The translations under genes and the position numbers were made by a program. A stretch of 64,000 nucleotides of DNA from positions 86,354,129-86,418,128 of the forward strand of contig NC_068981.1 of assembly GCF_001194135.2 (NCBI RefSeq), read 5' to 3'. This stretch comes from Octopus bimaculoides. Lineage: Eukaryota. Each line of letters starts with the position of its first letter. Position 1 is the first letter of the stretch. Below the pieces are notes generated by a model. The model saw nothing but the letters and a program-made list of their open reading frames with translations, was not told the origin of the DNA and did no database searches. Below are positions 50,141 to 60,628 of this stretch, one piece after another.

Positions 50141-50860
50141 TACAATATTATACTTCATTTTATTTTCTATCTCTGACCATTGCCACTTGCCTATCTGTTC
50201 CCAACACCTGTTACCTCCTCTTCTCTTGATTACATTTGTTCAAGATGAGGTTATTTCCCTTTGAGACCATAGCATTCGAACACTAGTTGTGATAAGCAGA
50301 AATGATACAGATAATATTTGTTGAGAAGCTGAAGTTTTTTTTTTTTTTTTTTTAATTCTTACCTATTCTGTTTCTCTATACTGTTGTGGCGATTACCATT
50401 TAGCCCCTAGTGAAGCAGACCTAAAATAGGCACTCTCTCTGATCACCCAGTCTTTTTCATGCCTATCTCATCATCATCATTTAATGCCTACCTTCCATGT
50501 TGGCAGGGGTGGGATGGTTTGACGGGAGCCAGCCGGGAAAAAGCCAGCACCAGACTTCTGTGACTGTATCTCATACTGTATTATTCATTGTGTCCTTCCT
50601 GGTTTTGTTTTTTAGTAAGACAGTAGAATGCCATAGGTAAGATTTCACTGTTATTACTGGCAGGCTAGGCAACCACATGTAACTTTATGGTAATCATCAC
50701 TAAAAAGACTACTACTTTAGTATTGGCTATAAGTCTATTCTTATATATTTCAGACATCTTAACACTTGGGAAGAAATGGGGAGGTCAGATTTTAGGATGT
50801 TGATTCATAGACACATGACAGTACGTTTAGAATAAAACACTTGTGTGCTGAGGGTGCTTC

Positions 50861-50898
<38 letters not shown>

Positions 50899-50964
50899 CT
50901 AGCAGTCCATGTATTAGGCAGTGAAGTAGTGCTGTATGCGTTCCAGCCTCTTCTACTGTCACAG

Positions 50965-51156
50965 AAGGACTACTTGGGGCCACCCACTGATGTAGGCAAC
51001 AAAACTCCCAATGTTGCAATTCTGGGTCGAATGTTTGTTTCTATGTAACAGACCTTCCACACAAGGACTATTAGGGGTCACCCACTGATGAAGGCAGCAA
51101 AACTCCCAATGTTGCAATTCTGGGTCAAATGTTTATTTCTATGTAACAGACCTTTC
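50965..51156 (+). repeat. Tandem duplication, period 98 bp
   Basis: aaggacta...cacccactgatg.aggca.caaaactcccaatgttgcaattctgggtc...gtaacagacctt at 50965 and 51063. Confidence 0.9.
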
Positions 51157-51242
51157 CAACCAATGCCATCATGGAGAAACTGTTATGATGATGGACAGGT
51201 ATTCTTTCAACGAAATCATGTTAATGTGACTTGTCTTTCTTT

Positions 51243-51950
51243 TATTCTTTTACTTGTTTCAGCCATTTGACTGCGGCCATGCTGGAGCATGGACTTGAAG
51301 GGTTTTAGTCGAACAAATTGACCCCAGAACAACTGCTGAGTTATGGGGACATAAACACGCCAACACCGGTTGTCAAGTGGTGATGGGAAACACACACACA
51401 TATATATATATATGACAGGCTTCTTTCAGTTTCCATCTACCAAAAAGTGGAATCGTGATGGCACCACCGTTCGAGCGTGATCGTTACCAGAGACGCCTTC
51501 CTGGCACTTGTGCCGCAGCTTCGCATTCCTGGCACGTGAAGTCATTCGAGTGAGATCATTGCCAGTCCCGCTGGACTGGCTCCTGTGCAGGTGGCACGTA
51601 AAATACACCATTCTGAGCGTGGCCGTTGCCAGTACCGCCTGACTGGCCTTCGTGCCGGTGGCACGTAAAAGCACCCATTACACTCTCGGAGTGGTTGGCA
51701 TTAGGAAGGGCATTCAGCTGTAGAAATTCTGCCAAATGAGATTGGAGCCTGGTGTAGCCACCTGGTCCACCAGTCCTCAGTCAAATCGTCCAACCCATGC
51801 TAGCATGGAAAGCGGACGTTAAACGATGATGATGATGATGATGAAATCCATTCACAAGGCTTTGGTCGGCCTGAGGCTATAGTAAAAGACACTTGCCCAA
51901 GCTACACACAGTGGGACTGGACCCAGAACCATGTGATTGGGAAGAAAGCT
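51243..51950 (-). mobile_element. SINE family A1 split by an RTE 3' fragment (51445-51843, + strand)
   Basis: SINE reads ...ctaccaaa | insert | aaatccattcac...; the insert ends in (GAT)n. Confidence 0.88.
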
Positions 51951-51983
51951 GTTCTTACTGATTGTCATTTCTTTATTTTGTAG

Positions 51984-52136
51984 CCCGTGTTGCCATAACA
52001 CAGTCTGGTTCCCTGAATCTCTTCAGTAGCAAGGAACAAGAATTTGAGTTACGTGCCCAGATGCTGAAGCGGTTATCTTTTACCATTTTAAGTAGTGAAT
52101 CAGACCAGTATCAAAGAAACATGCCAGATATTCAAG
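51984..52136 (+). CDS. DOP1: DOP1 exon 21 (RVAITQSGSLNLF...DQYQRNMPDIQ), phase 1/1
   Basis: tttgtag|cc acceptor, g|gtaatt donor; ORF 51962..52201. Confidence 0.95.
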
Positions 52137-52373
52137 GTAATTCTACTTTCTTGTTCCATTATTTGTTTGTTGCTGTTGTTTATTTTTTTGTTTTTATTTA
52201 GCATGTAAATGGAAATTTTAAATTGATAAAAATTGTGTTAATTCAATTTGTAATTTATATAAAGAAATAATTTTCTTTGATAACTAGAGTTTGTCAGGTA
52301 AGTAAATAAAGTTGATCTGCAGAAAACTCTTTGTAGAACAATGGTACATTATATTTTTTGTTTTGATGTATAG

Positions 52374-52510
52374 AGCGTCTTGCTGAATGTCTAAGAACAC
52401 CTCAAGTGCCATCTGTTATGTCACAAGTATTTCTCTGTTTCCGTGTATTAATACTTAGAATGTCTCCACTTCAACTGACCTCACTTTGGCCAATTATTAT
52501 CACTGAAATG
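52374..52510 (+). CDS. DOP1: DOP1 exon 22 (ERLAECLRTPQVP...LTSLWPIIITEM), phase 1/0
   Basis: tatag|ag acceptor, atg|gtgagt donor. Confidence 0.95.
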
Positions 52511-53901
52511 GTGAGTTATTCACACCTAATTTATTTTCATTGTGAGCTATAATTATGTATTCATTCCATTGAATTGTTTACAATATCTTATAAGTAATTT
52601 TTTTGGATTCAGTCTTTCCTGACCAAATACACAGTCAAAAAAATGTTTTGTCCAAATAAGGCATGGTGTTTTTTTTTAGGTGCTGGNNNNNNNNNNATAG
52701 GGCTTTTTATAATAATAATAATAATAATAATAATAAACTTATTGTATACAGTGCTCAGGTGCACTCTATGTTTTGGTAAAATGCTACTTTGATTAGAGTA
52801 TTTTGATAAAATTATTTTGAGGTTAAGGTATTTAAGGTACTGAAATCTGAAGCCAAATAGTAAGACAGCTAAATGTTTTGATGGATGTTAAGGTGAGTAA
52901 TTTCAGGCAAAATAAGCTGTTTCACTTGCCTAATAAAATAAAATTTAACCTCAAAAGCTGAAAAGTAAAAGCATTAATTTGGTTTCTTTTTAGATAATTA
53001 AATACATTTACATTAAAAAGTAAAGAATGTTATCAATGCTTCTTTATTTGAATATATTTCTCATTATTAAGTATTCAGTTTAAGATATTGTTGACTGTTA
53101 AGATATTGTTATTGGATATTTGATAGATAAATGTAGGTTTTAGCTGCCTTTGTTTCTTTGTGTTCTGTCTGAGTACATAAATAAAATCTCAAGGATTTAC
53201 TGATCTCTTCATGCAATTGCTACACACAAGCCACAGTTACTATGCCCTACTGTTATCTCTACCAGAAATTGAGATATATGAGAGGTAAACAAAACTGCAT
53301 GTCATATGTCCAAATTTTCAGAACTATACCAACAATTTCAATACACTAGCCAAAGTCATTGTGCCCTATTATTATTATTATTTATATCAGAACATTGACA
53401 TTTAAAAGAAACTACGCAGGAAAAATTGCATGTCATGTGCCCAGATTCACTTCATGCACCCAAACACTGCATGACACAATTTTTAATTTTCTATACTAGA
53501 ATAGAAAAAAAAAAATCTTTGCACACTTTATTTAATTGGGATTTCAATTTTAGAAAAATTCTTTCATTGAGAATAAAATTAAAATTCTAACAGAAAAAAA
53601 AACATTTTTATCATATATAATGTGCGTGTGTGTTTTCAATGCTATGTGTTCCCTCTCCATCTATCATGAATCCCCCCCCCCAATTCTGTGTACATTATGT
53701 TCGTTTTCTCTGTTACTTTGATTACTGTAATATATAATTCATTCAGTAGACTGTTTAAATTATTTTCATAGTTCTTAAGAAGGAATTTAAATAAAAATTA
53801 ATCGTTAGTCAGTAAGAGGCCTCAAATTGAATAACTGATATTGGAAAAACACATATTTTCTTTATATGACTTACTGGTTGTTCTACTTTACTTCCTTATA
53901 G

Positions 53902-53957
53902 GTGAATGTGTTTCTACAAATTGAACAAGAATTATCAACAGACACAGATGAATTCAG
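53902..53957 (+). CDS. DOP1: DOP1 exon 23 (VNVFLQIEQELSTDTDEFR), phase 0/2
   Basis: cttatag|gtg acceptor, ag|gtacaa donor; matches the VxVFLxxEQEL motif. Confidence 0.9.
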
Positions 53958-54400
53958 GTACAAAATTCCAATACACTGTCTTCAAAAATATAACTTTTAG
54001 TTCTCTTAGATAATTTTGTTGAAGTTTTTCTTTTTCATAAAACTCATTCATTTATTGTTTATTATTTCATTATCATCATCATAATCATGAAGAAGATGCA
54101 CATTAGCCATATCAAGTTTCACATAAGGAGTGTGATAGTAACAATTCTTCTCAACTTTTAAGGACTTATTAGTTTTCTCCAACTCTGCTATTTTTATCTC
54201 AATTCCAGTATTTCTTTAAAAGCTAATTTGGTGTGGTTTCTAACATTACCTGTGACAGGGTATTTTCTGTTTCCCCCCAACCCATAATTTTCTATCTATG
54301 ATCTTGCAAATTTGGACTGGGGATGGTCTCTTTACAATAATATTTACTTGTAGTGACTTCTATTTTATTGGCAATTTGGACTGAGAAATCTACCAGGGTC

Positions 54401-54789
54401 TAGTTTATCCTGTTCAGGCTATATTATTAGCATTATTCTGCGATTGAGAATTTAAAATCACTTCTTTAATTTTCTAAAAAAGACATCTCAACGCTTCTAA
54501 AAGCAAACTTCGTTTGTTTATTTACGTTTGTTGTAATTTGAATTTAACATATGAGAGCGTCTCATAAAGCAAGATTTATATATCTTAATTTGCAGAGGAA
54601 TTTGTAGTGGGTAGTTTAGCTTAATCGGTCAAAGCATCGTGACATGTAATCACGGGGATGTGAGTTCGAGTCCACAGCTAGCCACCTACACTTTTCTCTG
54701 CAAATTAGGGGTAGTTTATCCTGTTCAGGCTATATTATTAGCATTATTCTGTGATTGAGAATTTAAAATCACTTCTTTAACTTTCTAAA
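54401..54789 (+). repeat. Second insertion of the tRNA-containing unit (about 1.25 copies, period 311), opposite orientation
   Basis: Near-identical reverse complement of 24768-25183; tagtttatcctgttcagg at 54401 and 54712. Confidence 0.9.
54610..54683 (+). tRNA. tRNA-Thr(TGT)-like sequence (probably non-canonical or pseudo) inside a repeat unit
   Basis: Acceptor GGTAGTT/AGCTAGC (one G-G mismatch), D arm GCTT/AAGC, anticodon arm CGTGA-CATGTAA-TCACG, A box TAGCTTAATCGG, B box GTTCGAGTCC. Position 33 is A rather than U and the T stem has a bulge. Confidence 0.6.
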
Positions 54790-55409
54790 TAATAATTATG
54801 TTGAATGTTAGTTTATTATTCTAATAATCTTATTGTGTTCCTTCAGTGCATAACTCAGTCATCATTTAACATCTGTTTTTCCTTGCTGGCATTGGTTGGA
54901 AAGTTTGACATGAACAAAAGAGCCAGAGGGCTTCACCAGGCTCCATGTTTGCTTTGGCATAGTTTCTACATCTGGATGCACTTTCTAATGTTAACCACTT
55001 AGTAGCCTACTGGATGCATTTTACATGGCACCAGCACCAGTGAAGTCACCAGGTACCCACAAAATAAGACCCCTCAACTGAGCGGGGTGTAGACTGGAGA
55101 AAGAAACTATGATGGAGGGTGAAGAACAGGTGTTTTGCTGAAGATGTGAGTGTATGGCTTGCTCACCTGGGAAGTGAGAGAAAGAAAGAGATGTGAGGCC
55201 GAGGTACATGAACATGAGACAGAAAAGGAAATGTACTGAGTGAAAATAGTGTGAAAGATGATTAAAGATAGCAAATGAGTTGGACACAGAGGATATTAGT
55301 TCAGTGTAGTAAGAAGTGAAGAAAATAAAAGATGAGTTATGGGAAAAGGCTTGACTGAGCCTAAATTCTGCTGAGATGGACAAGTCTTCCCAAGCACAGC
55401 ATAACGCCA

Positions 55410-56570
55410 TTCATCACAGTCCCCTATCATCTCTTCTTGAGGTCAGTCTTCATCACTTTGTCCCTCGTCTTCTTAGGTCTACTTCTTCCATAGCGATCTT
55501 GTACAATCTGATTAACTATATGAGTGACTAGGCCATATCCTACCCTGCCAGATATTTTAAGAGGTAATTCCTGATATACCAGGGATTTTCTCAGTCTTCA
55601 TTTTCTTAATTACTTTAACTACAACACTAATGTCAACACAAATGGCTAGACTCTCTGTCAGGTTCACATTAGGAAGATTCTCTTTCTTCTATGCATTCTT
55701 CACATTTAATAACCTTTCATAATATCACTTCTATGCCTCTTTCTTTTCAGAATCACTAAATGCAAGCAAGCCATCCTCTTTCTGCATAGATTTCTCTTCC
55801 ACAACATCTCAATTTTCTCTGGTACACTGCCTTGCAATTGGGAAACACCTCATGTCTTTTGTCCTCATGGTGTAGAATGTTGGCAAACCCCTTTTTTCCT
55901 GCCACTTCCCTTGCTAAATAGTCCTACCTCCTAGCTTCTCTTCTAGTTACCTGGTAAAGTTCTCTGCTGTCCCCATTGTTCAAACCCTTCTAAGCTTGCT
56001 TCATCACTTTTATTGCTCTGTCTACTTCTTCCTTGTTCCACCACCACATCACATTTGGTCTAGCTGGACTTTTGCACCCACCACAAATTTGATTTGTAGC
56101 CCTCAGTAGATTGTCGTGTAAGAATTTCCAATTGTCCTCTACATTATATGTCCCTATCTCCTACTCTTTTTCATCGAATCTCTAGCTGTTTGAAAAATCT
56201 CTAAGCCTCTGGCTCTTCCTTTTCCAGATTGCATTGCTAGAGCTCTAAGTCTGAACTCATGACTAACCGATGTTGGGAAGTACATTCTTCACCAGGAAAG
56301 GACTTTGAATTCTCAAGCATCTGCCTATCCTGTTTTCTGGTGAAAATGTTGTCAATTTGGCTTTTGTGTCCACCAGATTCATAAGTGACCAAGTGGCTGG
56401 TGGTTTTCTGGACTTCATAGAAGTGATCCTTCGATTCATCCATCAGTCCAACTTGTGGAGCATATACTGAGATAAATGTTACTGTTGCATAATCTAATAC
56501 TAATCTTAGCTTAAACAATCTTATCACACTCTTTGACTACCTCAATCACTTTTTCTGCTCATTTCTCTGC
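55410..56570 (-). mobile_element. Internally deleted RTE-LINE relic spanning endonuclease to RT C-terminus
   Basis: ORF 56237..56527 (FISVYAPQVG, SQIDNI, ECTSQHRLV = APE motifs); 55430-55495 reverse complement GRSRPKKTRDKVMKTDL. Confidence 0.7.
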
Positions 56571-57773
56571 TAAGAGTATGCTTACATTGACCCACCCAAC
56601 CACCCCATCTTCCAGGCCCTTAAGTTTTATCAGTTCCCCATTGCTTCCTATGATAGAATATCTCTTGGAAAAAAAATTTTTTTGTTCTCCTCAATGTCTT
56701 CAGTATATCTAAATGTCTGATTGTATATTGTTTTAATTATAGTTGGGGAACCAGAAACGATGTTATTGTTTCTCACCATTTTCACATGTTCTGTTGTTTT
56801 TTATGCTCAAGTCTATTTATATGTAATTTTTTTTGTTTAGTTTAGTTCTTAGAGGTAGGCTTTTTTGTCATATGCTCAGTCAAAACCCTCTGGCCTCAGC
56901 TGTACTTTCTTGGGTTTTCAATCGGTTTAAGGACTTTTGTTTAATGTACGTAATTCATTATTTTTGGTATTGATCATGTTGGGGTTTTTCCCTCACCTTC
57001 TTACTATTGCTTCTTGAAGTCTTATTTTTAATCTTAATTTATCAAATTTTCTCATTTTGTTTCACCATTTTCTTCACAATTGCCTCTTACCTCTTTACTG
57101 CAGCCTTTGTTTTACATCTTCCTTAAGACAATATAGTTTTTCTTTGTTCTTGTTTTGTAGCTGTTTATTCTTTGCTATATATTTTTGTAGTCATATTTTA
57201 TAATAGCTTTGTAGGTATAAAAGCCTTGTAACTCCTTGTGTTTATGATAAATATGTTTCTATGATGACTTTCGATGATGTATTCTAAATACAGTTTTAAA
57301 TGTCTATAATATTGCTATCCAACCTTTCCTTCTGTATTGTATTCTAATTCACTAACTCCTGGTTGTTTGTAAATATGTCTTTTATCAAATTCATATTACT
57401 GAAAACTAATGATTTCTTGTTGAAGAAGCTTTACAGTGTTTTCTCTAACAATGCTATGCAGTGACACATTAAGTGTATTGAGAATTTGAATGCTTTCATA
57501 CATGTATATGGCAAAACAATAAAAAATAATCCACTTTACTATTCTGAATTAGAGCAAAACTTGAGAACCTAGTTCAAGCATGGTTTGCATAAACCTTAAA
57601 TATTAAAGCATTTGTATCCTTAGTATTTATAAAACTGCTTATTTGTTGAGTCATGTATATATTGACTTAATATTTTTTCTCATACTTTCACTATACTTAT
57701 TATGGAGATAGGTGTTAACAGTGTACTTAATGCCAAAATCTGCTTTAGAAAAATTGTTTTGCTTCATTTTAGG

Positions 57774-57999
57774 CAGTTGTTCTCAACCATTTTTTGGCTT
57801 ATGACCCCTTTGATTCCTATGTTACTCAGCAGGGGGGTCTTCATTACCCATTCCATGTCTAAAATCTGCTATTATATTTTTATGATTAAATATTAGAAAT
57901 TGTATTAAAAAAATGTTTAAATATTTTGTGTGTAGTAGAAATATAACCAGTTTATTGCACATAAGTTTTAATTAAATGGACCCTATTTGAGAACCACTC
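57774..57999 (+). mobile_element. hAT-type MITE
   Basis: TIR cagttgttctcaa / ttgagaaccactc; 8 bp TSD attttagg / atttaagg (one mismatch). Confidence 0.7.
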
Positions 58000-58198
58000 A
58001 TTTAAGGCATCTAAATGTGAAATATTCTTCAACAAAAAGAATAGTATTTGAAAACCCCTATCATAGGTTTTCATACTCACCTCAACATGTAATTGTGTTT
58101 TGTTTTGTTTTTTTAACTCTTATGCAGAAGTATTTGATAATATTTTAATTACAGGCTTGAAGCTTATTTTAATTAATTATTGTTTTTATATTTTTCAG

Positions 58199-58262
58199 GT
58201 AAACAATGGCAGTTATTTCCTTTTGTTGATGTTACCAGCATGTTTGGAAGTCATGTGAACAG
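58199..58262 (+). other. Candidate cryptic/poison exon or recursive splice site (AG|GTAAAC)
   Basis: Strong T-rich acceptor tttttcag followed directly by gtaaac; 64 nt island richer in GC than its flanks, ending ag|gttgtg; joining to exon 23 gives AGG TAA. Confidence 0.35.
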
Positions 58263-60259
58263 GTTGTGCTTGGTTCTGTTTTAGGTTTTTCTCTTGTGTG
58301 ATTTTCTTTCTTTGTTGGTAGGGGTTTCTTTTTCTTGCAATATTAATGGTTAGTAGTATCTATTAAACTGTTACTTACCTATTTTTTTCCTCTTCATTAT
58401 TTTTGATAATCAATGTTTTACTTCTTGTGTTCTCTTTATAATGATTAAGAGTAGTGGAGTATTGTAGTGAATAGGTTTGGCTTAATTTGATACATTTGTT
58501 TATGTCTAGGCATGTATTTATGCCCAAACATAATATCTAAAGCTTCATAAATACATTTTCTTTTATGCATATCATTTTCCTTAAAGTGGAAAAAAAAATG
58601 TTTCAAAAGAAGAAAAGGAAGAAAAAAATGTCTTGAATTTTTGCTTGTGGTGTTTGAAAATTCTAAGATTGAGATTAATCAACTAACAGTCTAGAATGTA
58701 GAAAATAGCTTATTTTGGAAAACTTAAAGCCTTTAATAATTTTCTGAAGGATGTCTCCCCCTACCCCTGCCCTTCATTTCTTTTAATTTTTCACTCTACC
58801 TTTCTCAAATTCTTAGGTAGTTGCCTACTTTCTCATCAAGAAAGAGAAAGATTGAGGTTTCTTTTTGAGCTTTTACTAAAATATTAATATTTATGAATTT
58901 GTAATCTGAAAATTGCATGAAACATTTAGACATAGATTATAGGAAATACTCCATTTACCTCCTGCTAGATAACAAAATAATAATAATGTGGACATAAGAG
59001 AAAAAAATATTTTGTAAATATATTTCTTAGTTTTATTTAACCATTGTTTATTTCAACTAGCAAAGTATTTTTTACAATTATATATTTTGTTTATACTAAA
59101 GTTTAACTATAAACGTTATGAATATTTCTTTAAAATACAAAAAAGATTGGTTAATTTTTTGAGACTGAATTAAAGTAATTTTTTTTTTTTTTACCTTTGT
59201 TGTTCTTTCCTGTTATTTTTGAACTCCTTTCCTTTCAATGTTTTCAACATTGTAAATTTGGTTGCTTGTTCCTTGCAGCAGTTTTTGTGTTTTGCACCCA
59301 TTCTTTGTTGTTTTTTTTATGTGTGTGTGTTTCTTTATTGGTTATATTAAATAAAGAAATTGAGAGTTAGTGAATGACTAGGTTGATAAGGATATTGTAT
59401 ATAGGCATAAATCAGAGATTAGTTTAACCGATTAATCTCTTTTTCTTTTTATGCCTGTTGTATACTTACATGGTTTCATTTATTATTCATTTACTTTTTA
59501 AAAATCATGAATTAAAAGATAATTAATTTATGTTATACATTTTCACTATAGTTTTTTTGAAATAACTGAAAATGATATGTTTGAAAAAATCCTTTAAGTA
59601 ATGCAGACAAAATATGTGATGGCAATAAATAAAATCAAAGGGGAAAATTATTGCATTACTTTACCTAGATTATTTAATGGTCATATAATATTTTAGGAAA
59701 GATTCCTTTTCAAATAGAAAATAATCAGAGTTCAGAGAAGTGTGAGGTATCCTTCTTGAGCTATAGGCTCATTAAATAACTTACGTGAGGTAATACAATA
59801 TCTTTCCTCCTTGTTTTCCTTTATTGACACCACTTTACATATTTTGTGTAACTTCTCACCTGCAATGCTCAGTGGACTTTTTTTTCAAACATTTATATCA
59901 GTTACATACATTTTGATACTTCAAGGAAATTACAATACTCTCTTAAGTATAAGAAAAAAATCTTGAAAAATTTTAAGATGCAGAACACATTAGATTCAAG
60001 CCATCATTACTTATATTCAGGCTAAATAATCATTGCTTTTTTAAATAGCTACTTAAATTGTATAAGTTGAACATTTTAAAATCAACAGTTGAACTATTAT
60101 ATTAGCAATTTTTAACTATTTTGCTTTTATAAATGAATATATATTAAATATAAAAATTCTTCGCAGTAAAATTATATTCATAATTTGAAGACTAAGAGAT
60201 AACTTGAGAAATGGTTCTGTAGAATATCTTTGTATATCTGAAAGTTGAATTTGTGTGTG

Positions 60260-60290
<31 letters not shown>

Positions 60291-60292
<2 letters not shown>

Positions 60293-60628
60293 TCCTCATT
60301 AAAGGCCTGTGATATGCCGGAGAGTGAATGGGAGAGCAATACCTGTCATCGCCACAGATGGAGGAAGCAGGTTAAGGAGGGGGTCAACACCTTTGAGAGT
60401 GCATGTATTCTGCATGAAGAACTTAAGCGTGCTGCTCGAAAGCGCACTGCTGGTGTAGTGAATGGGGAAAGCTTGGTTTGCAATGTTTGCAGACATGTTA
60501 GCTTGTCAAGCAGGGCTCATTAGCCACCAATAGAGCCACAAATGCAAAATACAAGTTAGTTCTAGAGCGCACAATGTTCCTAAAGGTCAGTAATAGTCTT
60601 CCTCGGTCACAAGTGGATGGCCATCATA
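60291..60628 (+). mobile_element. 3' fragment of a second RTE (BovB/RTE-1-like) LINE family
   Basis: LKACDMPESEWES...RWRKQVKEGV...LVCNVC...(fs)AGLISHQ (C2H2-like finger remnant), short 3' UTR ending ggatggccatc(at)n. Confidence 0.75.

Larger units (their letters stand above)
1996..53957 (+). other. DOP1: Dopey/DOP1 gene, partial (23 coding exons in window; first coding exon upstream, C-terminal exons not found in window)
   Basis: Spliced translation matches Dopey-family motifs from memory ([23 protein letters not shown]; RRDMSLNRRLYAWLLG; PFRILISLLDKPEIG; EQTTWLRRNL; [16 protein letters not shown]; LTSLWPIIITEM). All 22 introns are GT-AG with compatible phases; exon sum 6623 nt = 2207 codons + 2. 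Confidence 0.97.
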
